A stretch of 63,893 bases of DNA, counting the filler, from Actinomycetota bacterium (lineage in GTDB: Bacteria; Actinomycetota; CADDZG01; JAHWKV01; JAOPZY01), in assembly GCA_025963875.1 (NCBI GenBank). It is 5 parts of 5 records of this genome, joined end to end, with 100 filler letters (N's around TTAATTAATTAA, not from the genome) between each part and the next. Parts side by side here need not be neighbours in the genome. Positions count along the whole stretch, not along the records: positions 1 to 19,189 come from JAOPZY010000058.1; 4 more parts are not named here. One strand, 5' to 3'. The position numbers and the translations under genes were made by a program. Each line of letters opens with the position of its first letter. Position 1 is the first letter of the stretch. The notes under the pieces were generated by a model that worked only from the letters and a program-made list of their open reading frames with translations, was not told the origin of the DNA and did no database searches. Positions 1 to 11,200 of the stretch are shown here, piece after piece.

Positions 1-395
1 CCCGGTGGGCGTGGGGGCCATGCCGACGATCGGCTGGTTGAGCCGGATGCCGCCGGTCGAGCCGAAGAAGCCCGCGTCGCCGAAGGCGAAGATGCCGCCG
101 TCGGACGCCACCATCCAGTAGCCCAACGCGGTGGCGGTCACGCCCAGACCGGCGCGGTGCCCCGCTATGCCCACCACGGGCTTGTTCAGGCGGATGCCAC
201 CGGTGGATCCGAAGAAGGCAGCTTCGCCGAACGAGAAGACCCCACCGTCGGAGGCCACAAGCCAGTACCCCTGCCTGGACGGCGTCGCCTCGATGCCGAC
301 GATAGGCTTCGCCAACCTGATGCCGCCGGTCGAGCCGAAGAACTGGGCGTTCCCGAACGAGAACACGCCGCCGTCGGCGCCGGCGATCCAGTACC
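1..395 (-). repeat. Three ~40-aa coding repeats (GYWxVASDGG[VI]F[SA][18 protein letters not shown][IV]VG)
   Basis: Repeated units are visible in both the DNA and the minus-strand translation; typical of Acidimicrobiia-type cell-surface proteins. Confidence 0.85.
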
Positions 396-1650
396 CCCCC
401 GGGTACACGACCCGGAACCAGTTGGAGCGCAGACCGAGCCGGGCTGCGAAGTCGTCGCCCGTGGTGGTCGTCACACCGGCCGTCCCCTGGATCTGCACCT
501 GGGTTACCCGGCCCCCAAGGTCGCCCAGGGCGTTGCGCTGCGTCACCTGCAGCCATACGAGGTTGCCGATCCCGGCGTAGGCGCTCTCCAGCGTCGATAC
601 CGACACCGTGACGTCCCAGTTGTGGTACGGGTTGAGGGACACCGCATCGCCGTCGTCGGTGACGGCCGGGAACCGGCCTCCTGCCGTGTAGCCGCCGGTC
701 GAGGACGAGAACTCCGTGGAGACAACCTGTCCGCCGGTGACCCGGACCTGGCCCGCGGTCGCGTTCACTGCCGCCGTGGCCCGGGGGTCCTCGACATCCC
801 GATAGGAACCAGAGGCGCTCTGGAGGGCGCGCCCCCGGTACACCTGGCAGGAGTCGGTGTCGCAGATCTTGGCGTAGGGGTACCGGTTCTGCGACGCGGC
901 GTAGGACCGGGCGGCGACTGCCTGCGCCTTCAGCGCCTCCATGCCCGCACCGCCTCCCACGTCGCCCCACGAGGCGGGCGACTCGGAGGGGACCACGCCG
1001 AGCAGGTAGTCCTCCATCCCGAGGTCGTTGACCGTGCGCTGGTCGGCGGCGTTGCCCTGCCCCTGGGCATCCACCGCCCGGACCGACCCACGCAACCATT
1101 GGGTCCCTCCCGCCGGGAGACATCCCTGGAGCAGCTCGCTGCGGTCCATGCTGCCCGACGGGGTGGGTGCCGCCGGGCTGAACGTCACCGGGCCGGCCGT
1201 GGAGCCCTGCACAAGGGTCCAGGGACCCTGGCACGTTGGTCCGGAGTCAAGCTCGAACTGGTTGGGGCCGATGAGGTGCGCTCGCAGGGCTGCGTACCGG
1301 GCGGCACCACCGTCCACAGACGTCGTGAGGTGGGCCTGCTCCTGGAAGACGATGGTGTCGGCACCGTCGAAGCCGGTCAGCCGAACCGACATCGAGGGGG
1401 CTGGATTCTGACCCGACTGGGTGCCGCCGTAGAAGTGGTCGAGGATCTGCGGGTACTGCCAACCCTGCGTGGCATAGCCGAGGGCCCCGTACTGCCCCAT
1501 GCCCCGGCCGTGGCCCCAGCCGTGGCCGGCCAGCTCCACGGTGGGCGAGGGGTACGGCGAGGCGGCGGCAGGGAGGGGCCTGCCAGCCGCGGCCAGGCAG
1601 GCGGCGAAGATCAGCAGGGCGAGTATGGAGGCGGCGCGGGCTCTGGTCAC
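1..1650 (-). CDS. SpoIID/LytB-domain secreted protein with C-terminal '[13 protein letters not shown]' surface repeats (runs off window start)
   Basis: Not in the ORF track. GTG at 1650 reads [23 protein letters not shown] (signal peptide) then [19 protein letters not shown], with later [12 protein letters not shown] and [11 protein letters not shown]poIID motifs. Confidence 0.88.
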   Translation of the reverse strand, partial: MTRARAASILALLIFAACLAAAGRPLPAAASPYPSPTVELAGHGWGHGRGMGQYGALGYATQGWQYPQILDHFYGGTQSGQNPAPSMSVRLTGFDGADTIVFQEQAHLTTSVDGGAARYAALRAHLIGPNQFELDSGPTCQGPWTLVQGSTAGPVTFSPAAPTPSGSMDRSELLQGCLPAGGTQWLRGSVRAVDAQGQGNAADQRTVNDLGMEDYLLGVVPSESPASWGDVGGGAGMEALKAQAVAARSYAASQNRYPYAKICDTDSCQVYRGRALQSASGSYRDVEDPRATAAVNATAGQVRVTGGQVVSTEFSSSTGGYTAGGRFPAVTDDGDAVSLNPYHNWDVTVSVSTLESAYAGIGNLVWLQVTQRNALGDLGGRVTQVQIQGTAGVTTTTGDDFAARLGLRSNWFRVVYPGGYWIAGADGGVFSFGNAQFFGSTGGIRLAKPIVGIEATPSRQGYWLVASDGGVFSFGEAAFFGSTGGIRLNKPVVGIAGHRAGLGVTATALGYWMVASDGGIFAFGDAGFFGSTGGIRLNQPIVGMAPTPTG

Positions 1651-2262
1651 GGCGTCTTGTCCCCGGTCAGAGGAATCAGGGTCGTCGAGCGTACCAGCCG
1701 GGTCCTGGATTCCCCCGGTTTTCCCGATCCCAGCGTGGTACCTGACGAGGACCTGTGACGGCCTGCGCGTCAAGCGGGGCCGGAGTGCCCCGGAAGAGAG
1801 CCCCCTCGCTGCCCTCCTCCCGTGCCTCCGGCCCCCACCACCCGTAAGAACGCATCAGGACCCGAAAACCCTACACAGTGCTTCATGAAGAATCGCGACA
1901 AGTCGCCGAGGTGAATGGCGCCTGAATTGGGCGGGGTCAACGGCGTTGGCTCGGCCTGCGCAAATGTCTGGATGGTTCTAGCCATTCGGTGAACAAGCGA
2001 GAATTTTGAGATTTCCGATTCGATGCTTTACGACCGCCTTGCTGCGTCTGTAACGATCGGGCCTTCCTCATCGGACACCGTGGAGCGCTTCCCTGGCCTG
2101 CGGTTACTTGCTAACAGCTGCACAAACGCGCTCTGGCCCTCCGTCCCCCAAATGGTTGCGGCGGCTGACTACGTAGAAGCAGCCCTCTCCCGAGAGCTTC
2201 AGACTCAAACATGGCGGTCGACGGTTGACCTAATAGACCTCCAGTTAACCGGAAGGAACCGT

Positions 2263-5200
2263 ATGCCCACGCCACGGCCCCCCCGAACGCTGCGCGCCGC
2301 GACCCGTGACCCAAGCCCTCGAACCACCCCTCCCCCTACCAGCACCCAAGCCAGGACCAACCCGCTGGACCAGCGGGACCTTGTCCTTGCCATCTCGCCC
2401 TTCGGACGACCCGACGCCCGCGTGACCGCAGCGGCGGTGCGCGCGGGTGTCCTCGGCGTGCTCGACCTGGGTCGGGACCGTGACGAGGCGGTCGCCGCGC
2501 TCGAACAGACAGCCCGCTGGGCCCGGGGACCCTTCGGGGTGCGCGTGAGCGCGGGATGCCCCCTGCTGCCTTCCGACCTCCCCGACGCGGTTGACACCGT
2601 GCTGCTGGCGCCAGATGCCTCGTGGCAGCCCCGCGACGCGGGGCCCGGCCGGCGCGTGCTCCTCGAGGTCACATCGCCCGACGAGGTCCCTGCCCCCGGG
2701 AGCGGCGCCGACGGCCTGGTGGCGCGTGGCTCCGAGAGCGGCGGCCTGGTCGGAGAACTCTCCACCTTCGTCCTGCTCCAGCGGCTGGTGGCCGGCTCCG
2801 GCCCAGGCCTGCCGGTGTGGGCTGCGGGTGGCATCGGCCTCCACACCGCCGCCGCAGCCATCGCCGGCGGAGCGGCCGGCGTCGTCCTGGACGTCCAGCT
2901 TGCCCTGACGAACGAAGCCCGCGAGAACCTCCCCAGCGACATCGCCGCCGCCCTGCAGTCGATGGACGGGAGCGAGACCGCCCTCGTCGAGGGCCGGCGC
3001 GTCTACAGCCGGCCAGGTCCCGGGCTCACCGGAGGGCCGCTGCCCGTCGGGCAGGACGGCGCCTTCGCGGCCGGGCTCGCGGAGCGCTACCGCACCGTCG
3101 GCGGCATCGTCCAGGCCGTCCGGTCGTCCATCCGCGAGCACCTCGCCTCCGCGCAGCGCTGCCCTCCGCTCACCGTCGCGCAGGGCCCCATGACCCGCGT
3201 GAGCGACCGGGTCGCCTTCGCGGGTGCCGTCGCGGCCGAGGGCGGTCTGCCGTTCCTGGCCCTGGCCCTCATGCGCGGCCCCGAGGTGGCGACCCTCCTG
3301 GCGGAGGCATCGGAGCAGCTCGACGGCCAGCAGTGGGGCGTGGGCATCCTCGGCTTCGTCCCGCCCGAGCTGCGGGAGGCGCAGCTCGAAGTGGTGCGCT
3401 CGGTCCGGCCCCCGTTCGCGCTCATCGCAGGCGGCCGGCCTGCCCAGGCCGCCGCGCTCGAGGCGGATGGCATCCCCACCTACCTCCACGTCCCCTCCCC
3501 CGGCCTGCTGGACCGTTTCCTGGCCGATGGAGCTCGCAGGTTTGTCTTCGAGGGCTCCGAATGCGGGGGCCACATCGGACCGCGTGCCAGCTTCCCGTTG
3601 TGGGAGGCGCAGATCGAGCACCTCCTCGCCTTCGGCGACGACAAGCGTCACGGCGGCGCCTCGTTCTACGCAGCACTCCATGTCCTGTTCGCCGGCGGAA
3701 TCCACGACGAGCGGTCCGCCGCGATGGTCGCCGCCGCCGCGGCGCCACTGGCCGAGCGCGGCGCCACCATCGGCGTCCTCATGGGGACCGCATACCTGTT
3801 CACCCGGGAGGCCGTCGAGGCCGGCGCCATCCTGGAGGGGTTCCAGGCGGCCGCCGTGTCGTGCGACCGGACCGTGCTGCTCGAGACGTCGCCGGGCCAC
3901 ATCACACGATGCGCCGACACGCCGTACGTCGCTGCCTTCAAGGCCACCAAAGACCGCCTCACCGATGCCGGCGCCACGGCCCAGGAGATGTGGAGCGAGC
4001 TGGAGAAGCTCAACCTCGGCCGCCTGCGGATCGCCAGCAAGGGCCTGCGCCGCGACGAGAGCCGCTTGGTCGAGGTCACCGAGGACGAGCAGCGCGAGGC
4101 CGGGATGTACATGCTCGGCCAGGTGGCGACGCTCCGTTCGGAGGCCACCTCAATCGCAGGTCTGCACCGGCAGGTGACGAGCGGCGCCGCCAGCTTCCTC
4201 TCCGGCCGGGCGGCCGACCTGGGCCTCGCCGGCGACCTCGCTGCCGTGGCCCCCGAGCCCGCCACGCCCCTCAACATCGCCGTCGTGGGCATGGCGTGCG
4301 TCCTCCCCAACGCCGACGGCCTCGCCTCCTACTGGGCCAACATCCTTGCCGGCGTCGACGGGGTCACCGAGGTCCCCTCGGACCGCTGGAACGCCGACCG
4401 CTACTACGACGCCGACACGTACAGCCACAACGCCGGGCGCACCTCGCCGTCGAAGTGGGGAGGGTTCATCCCCCCGGTGCCCTTCGACGCCCTCGCCTAC
4501 GGCATCCCGCCGGCGTCGTTGTCCGCCATCGAGCCGGTCCAGCTCCTCGCCCTCGAGGTGGCCAGCCGGGCGCTGGCCGACGCCGGTTACGCCGACCGGC
4601 CCTTCGACCGGAGCCGTGCTTCGGCCGTGTTCGGCGCGGAGGGGGGCACCGATCTTGCGGCTGCCTACACGTTCGGGGCGCTGGCCCCCTCCTACTTCGG
4701 CGACCTGCCGGCCGAGCTCGAGGAGCACCTGCCCACGCTAACCGAGGACTCGTTCCCCGGCGTGCTCGCGAACGTCATCGCCGGCCGCATCGCCAACCGC
4801 CTCGACCTCGGCGGCGTCAACTACACGGTCGACGCGGCGTGCGCATCGTCACTGGCGGCACTCGATGTCGCCTGCAAGGAGCTGACCTTCGGCGCAAGCG
4901 ACCTCGTGCTGTGCGGCGGGGCCGACCTGCACAACGGCATCTACGACTACCTGATGTTCACCGCCGCCCACGCTCTCTCTCCCGGCGGCCGCTGCCGCAG
5001 CTTCGACGCCGCAGCCGACGGGATCACCCTCGGCGAAGGCGTCGTCTGCGTCGTCCTCAAGCGCCTCGCCGATGCCGAGCGCGACGGCGACCGCGTCTAC
5101 GCGGTGGTCAAGGCGGTGGCGGGGTCGAGCGACGGCAAGTCCCTCGGCCTCACCGCCCCCCGTCCAGAGGGACAGCGGCTGGCGCTGGAGCGGGCCTACC

Positions 5201-8200
5201 GCATGGCCGGGGTGTCGCCCGCTGCCGTCGGGTTGGTGGAGGCGCACGGGACCGGCACGGTCGTGGGCGACCGGACCGAGCTCGGGGTCCTGAACGATGT
5301 CTTCACGGAGGCCGGCGCCCCGCCGGGCAGCTGCGTGCTCGGCTCTGTCAAGTCCCAGATCGGCCACACGAAGTGCGCAGCCGGGATCGCCGGCCTCGTC
5401 AAGGCCGCCTACGCCCTGCATGCTGGCGTGCGACCGCCGACCGGGCCGATCAAAGTCCCGAACCCCGGCTGGGAGGCCTCGACAAGCCCCTTTTTCTTCG
5501 ATCAGCAGGCCCGCCCGTGGGCGACCGTCCCCGCGGAGCGCTACGCGGGCGTCAGCGCCTTCGGCTTCGGCGGCACCAACTTCCACGCGGTCCTGAGCGG
5601 CTACGACGGCGCTCCCGAGCCGGTGTTCGGCGTCGACGAGTGGCCGGCCGAGCTGTTCTGCTTCCGGGGCATCGACGGCCCCGCCGCGGTGGTCGCCATC
5701 GACAAGCTTGCGGCGCTGCTCGCCGCGAACGACGCCGCCGGCCGGCCCCTGGGGCTCGGCGACCTCGCCGCGGGCGTCGCGGCGAACCGTGGAACCGTGC
5801 AGGTCCAGGTCGCCCTCGTGGCCGACAGCCTCGACGACCTCGCGCGCAAGCTGCCCACCGCGAGGGAACGGCGCAGCGATGCACAGCTCGGGATCTTCGC
5901 CGCCGACTCGACCTCCGGGGGGCCCGTCGCCTTCCTGTTCCCGGGCCAGGGGAGCCAGCGCCCGGGCATGCTGGCCGACCTCTTCGTGGCCTTCCCCCGC
6001 CTGCAGCGCCACCTTCGATGCGCCGCAGCACCGTACGCGACGACGATGTTCCCGCCTGCCTCCTTCACACCCGAGGGCCTGGCCGCCCAGCGCGAGGCCA
6101 TCACCGACACCCGCGTCGCGCAGCCGGTGATGGGCATCGCCGGGAGCGCCGTCTCCGACCTGCTGGGATGGCTGGGCGTCCGGCCCGACATGGCCGGAGG
6201 CCACAGCTACGGCGAGGTCATCGCGCTGGCATCCGCCGGCGCCCTCCGCCAGGAGGACCTGCTGGCGCTCAGCGAGCACCGGGCCGCGGTGATCGTCGCC
6301 GCGGCGGGTGACGACCCCGGGACCATGGCAGCCGTCACCGCCGACGCCACCGCCGTGCGACGTGCACTGGCCGCCGCCCCCGCTGGCGTGGCAGCCTCGG
6401 TCGTCATCGCCAACTACAACGCACCCGAACAGGTGGTGATCTCCGGACCGAGCCATGCGGTCGCAGCCGCCGTGAAGACGATGGAGGACCAGGGCCTGGT
6501 CGCCCGGCTCATCCCGGTGGCCTGCGCCTTCCACAGCCCGGTGGTCGCCACCGCCGAGGGGGCCTTCGCCCAGGTCCTGGAGAGCCACGAGCTCGCGACG
6601 CCCTCGTACCCCGTGTGGTCGAACATGACCGCGGCGCCGTACCCCGACGAGGCCGCCGGGATGCGCCGGCTGCTGGCGGGGCAGCTGGCGAATCCGGTCC
6701 GCTTCGTCGAGCAGGTCGAGGCCATGTACGAGGCAGGGGCCCGGGTCTTCGTCGAGGCCGGGCCGGGGCGGGTCCTCACCGGACTCGTCGGCAAGATCCT
6801 CGGGGACAGGGCGCACACCGCCGTCGCCTGCGACGCCCAGGGCGAACCCGGCCTCCGCCGCCTCATGTTCGCGCTGGCGGAGCTTGCTGCGGCAGGCGTG
6901 CCGGTGGACGTCGCCAAGCTGTTCCACGGCCGCCGGGTGACCGCCGCCCGTGAGGTGCCGGCCCGGCCGGGCTGGATCGTCGACGGCCACACCGTCCGGA
7001 CCGCGGCTGGGAGCCTCCTGCCGGGCGGCCTGCATCCCACCGGCGACCTCCTGATCCCGATAGCCGCCGCAGCGCCTGCCGCCGCCCCAACCGCTGCTCC
7101 CGCTCCGGCGGGTGCCACAGCGCCACCGCAGCACGAGGCAGTCGTGCTCGAGTTCCTGCGCTCCACCCGGGAGCTGGTCGCCGCCCAGAAGGAGGTCATG
7201 CTCGGCTTCCTCGGAACGCCGTCGCTGCCGGAAGGCAACGGGGTCCTGGAGGTCGGGGTTGCGCTGCCGGCCACCCCCGTGGTGCCGGCCCCGGTGACTG
7301 TCGCCGAACCCACCCCGGCGACGGAGCCCGAGCCCGTTGCGGCTGCCGGCGTGGCGCCGCTCACCGCGGAGAGCCTCCTCGAGGTGATCCTCGGCATCGT
7401 CGGGCAACGAACCGGCTACCCGATAGAGATGCTCGGTGCCGAGATGGACCTGGAGGCCGACCTCTCCATCGACTCCATCAAGCGGACCGAAATCATCATG
7501 GAGCTGGCCGAGCACATGCGGCTCGCCCGCGGTGGCGTCCCGGTCGCCGAAGGCATCGTGGAGCAGCTCGCCCGGCTGAAGACCATCGGGTCCATCGTGG
7601 CCTGGATCGTCGAGCACGTGGGCGCCTCCATCGAGGCCGCCGCACCCGTGGCGGTACCACGCCCGGTCTCCGCCGCCCCCGCAGCGGCCCGCGCCACACC
7701 GGTCACTCCGGAGTCGGCGGCGGTCGAGCCGACGCACCGGTACGTGGTCGAGCCGGCGCCCGCCCGGCTGGCCACGACCCCGGCCGACATTTCCGGCAAG
7801 CGGTTTGTGGTCGTCGACGAGGGCGAGGGCGTGGGAGCCGCCACGGCAGCCGCCCTGCGCGCCCGAGGCGCCGATGCTCTGCTGCTCGCTCCCCACCACC
7901 TCCTGGAGTCCTCGTGTGCCGCCGTGGACGGCCTCGTCCACGTGGCGGCCCTCCGCCCAGGTCAGGACCCCATCCTGCCGCAGGCCTTCGCCGCCATCCG
8001 TGCTGCGGTGGTCGGCGGCGCCGGCCACCTCCTCGTGGCCATCGGGTCGGAGGATCCCGTTCCCGGCCTGGGCGTCGCCGGCCTCATCCGTACGATCGCC
8101 CGCGAGTACCCGAACGTCAGCGTCCGGGCCGTCGAAGTCGACACGAGCCAGCGGCCGGCCCACGTCGCGGAGCAGATCGCCAGCGAGCTGGCCGTGTCCG

Positions 8201-11200
8201 GGGACCCTTTCGTCAGTTACCGCCGCGCGGCACGGACGTCGCGGCGGGTCGTCGAGTCACCACTCGCTGCAGCACAGCCTGCGGGCGCCCTCGATCTCGG
8301 GGGAGCAGCTCCCCCGAACCCCCTCGTGCGGGCGATCGAGGAGCTCGGCCTCGGTCCGGACTCGGTCGTCGTCTTCACCGGCGGGGGCCGTGGCATCACC
8401 GCCACCTGCGCCATCGCCCTCGCCCGGGCGGCCGGCTGCCACATCGAGATCCTCGGCAGGACACCGTCGCCGGAGCGCCCCGAGCATCCGGACATTGCGG
8501 CAGCGCTCGACCGGCCCTCGCTCCGTCAGGCGTTGCTCGGCCAGGGCGTGGGGACGCCGGCCCAGGTGGAGGCGGCGATGCGGCGCATCCTCGCCACCCG
8601 TGAGGTGCGCGCCACGCTCGCAACCCTGATGCCGCTCTGCGCCTCCGTGCGGTACCACTCCGTCGATGTCTGCGATCCGGAAGCCGTCGGCCGGGTGATC
8701 GACCAGATCAACGACCACTGGGAGCGCATCGACGGCGTGATCCACGGCGCCGGCGTGCTCGAGGACAAGATGCTGGTGGACAAGACACCGGAGAGCTTCG
8801 CCCGGGTCTTCCGCACGAAGGTGGACGGCGCCCGCGCCCTCGTCTCCGCGCTGGAGGGCCGCCCGGGGCTTCGCTTCCTGGTGCTGTTCGGAAGCGTCTC
8901 GGGGGTCTTCGGCAACCCCGGCCAGGTGGACTACTCGGCGGCCAACGACGCTCTCGACAGCCTGGCGCGGCTGTGGAACGGCCGGCTGGCCGGACGTGTG
9001 GTCTCCATCGACTGGGGGCCCTGGGCCTCGGCCGGCGGTGGCATGGTGTCGCCCGAGCTGGAACGCGACTACACCCGCCGGGGCATCTCGATGATTGCGC
9101 CCGAGGACGGGGTCGCCGCACTGTTCGGCGAGCTCGCCTGGGGCGATCGTGAGACGTGCCAGGCGGTCTACATGGCCGGCGGCCGTGACTCGGCAGCCGC
9201 CTTCGCCGGCGGCGAGTTGGGCGCGCCGGCCTCGGTGCAGGCCCGGCCCCCTGCGGCGTTCAAGGCGTCCCCTGCCCAGACGGCGCAGAAGGTGGAGACC
9301 ACGCTGCGGCTTGCCGGTGGGTCCCCGGCCGAGCTCCTGTCGGCGCTGGACCTCCACGAGCTGGACCCCACTGCCGTGCCCGGGGTGCCGGCCGAGGAGG
9401 CGACCTGCCGTCTGGCGGTCGTCGACCCGACGCCGGAGCGCCTGGCCCTCGCCCGTAAGGTCATCCAGCGCGGGTCGCCGTGGCGCGGCCGCAACGACGT
9501 GTGGTTCACCAACCGCCCTCTCCTGCTCGATGGGCGGATCGCCTTCCTGTTTCCCGGCTTCGAGCCGGAGCCACTCGGCAATGTGGACGACATCGCCGAC
9601 CGGTTCGGCCTCCTCCGGCCCTCGATCGCAGGGACCGGCGAGCTGGTCGACCAGGCCGTCGACATCGTCGCCGTGGGCCGCCTCCTTGCCGTTGCACTCG
9701 AACGGCTCGGCATCACCCCCCACCTCCTCGCCGGCCACAGCCTCGGAGAGTGGACCGCGATGATCGTGTCGGGGATGTGGAAGCCGGAGGACGGCGAAGA
9801 TTTGGACCGCCTGTTCCGAATCGGCAGGACGGAGTTGCCCGACGCCGCGTACGCCGCCCTGGGCTGCAGCGCCGAGCAGGCGGCTGCGGCGATCGGACCC
9901 CTCGACGGCGTCGTCGTCTCCCATGACAACTGCCCGCACCAGTCCGTCGTCTGCGGGCGCCCCGAGCAGGTGGACACCCTGCTGGCAACGCTCCGGGAGC
10001 GCGGCGTCCTCGGCCAGGTCGTCCCCTTCCGGTCCGGGTTCCATTCGCCGATGATGGCTGGCTTCCTGGAGGGGAACCGGCCGGCGTTCGACGCCCTCTC
10101 ACTCCAGCAACCGTCGCTGCCGGTCTGGTCGGCCACCAGCGTCGCCCCGTACCCCACCGACCCCGCAGCGGTCCGGGATCTGGTGCTCCGGCACCTGCTG
10201 GAGCCGGTGCGGTTCCGGGAGCTCGTCGAGGCGATGTACCTCGACGGCGCCCGTGCGTTCGTCCAGGTCGGAGCGGGCAGCCTGATGGGATTTGTCCATG
10301 ACACGCTGGGGACGCGCGAGCACCTCGCCATCGCCGCCCTGTCCACCCAGCACAGCGGCCTCGCCCAGCTCGACCGGGTGGCGGCCGCCCTCTGGGTGGA
10401 GGGGATGCAGTTCCCCCAGGCAACGCCGCCGGTCGGACGCGGCGGCTACTCCTCCTCGGTCCGGGCCAGCACGGCGACGTTGATCCGCCAGGAGGCCGCG
10501 GTCGCCACCCAGGTACTCACGCCGCTGGCCACACCCCTGACCACACCCCTGACCTCGCCTCTGGCGGAAACAAGGGTCCTGCGCACGCCGCGGGTCTTCT
10601 CGCTCGACACGATGCCCGAGCTCCTGGACCACTGCCTGGTGCCGCAGGCCCCGGGGTGGCCCGATCCTACCGACGCCTTCCCGGTGGTCCCGATGACGAC
10701 GCTGCTGGAGGTCATGGCCGAGGCGGCGCTCGCCCGCTACCCCGCCCGCACCGTGGTGGGATTCCGCAGCGTCCGCGCGCTGCGATGGCTGGTGGTCGCT
10801 CCGCCGGCCATGACGGTCGTGGAAACCCACGAAGAGGCCGACGGGTACGTCCGGGTGAAGATCGAGGGATACGCCGAAGGTCTGGTTCACCTCGGCGAGG
10901 CATATCCGGAGGCCCCGGCTCCCGCCGGCTGGACGCTCACCGGTGCCCGGGCTCCCCTCGTCGATGCCGCTGGGCTCTACGGGGACGGGTGGATGTTCCA
11001 CGGCCCCCGCTTCGCCGGGGTGACGGAGATCACTGCCTACGGGGACGACGGTATCCGCGGGGTCATCGAGACCCTCGCGGCCTCCGGCGCCCTGCTCGAC
11101 TGCGCGGGCCAGCTCGCCGGCCACTGGGCGCAGGTGTCCGCCACCGTGGACCGGAGCGCCTTTCCCACCAACATCGGGAGCGTGAGCCTCTTCGGCCCCC

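Noticed and set aside
157..1758. Long plus-strand ORFs here and similar shadow ORFs (e.g. 2622-6311, 4849-8163, 15603-17198, most of 19522-22818)
   Set aside because: Antisense or frame-shadow ORFs caused by high GC; they overlap well-supported genes and carry no recognisable motifs.
2023..2262. N-terminal extension of the PKS in the ORF track
   Set aside because: Lower-GC promoter-like sequence; the RBS supports ATG 2263.
10517..10562. 12-bp tandem repeats in the PKS (LTPLATPLTTPLTSPL)
   Set aside because: Ordinary low-complexity interdomain linker.
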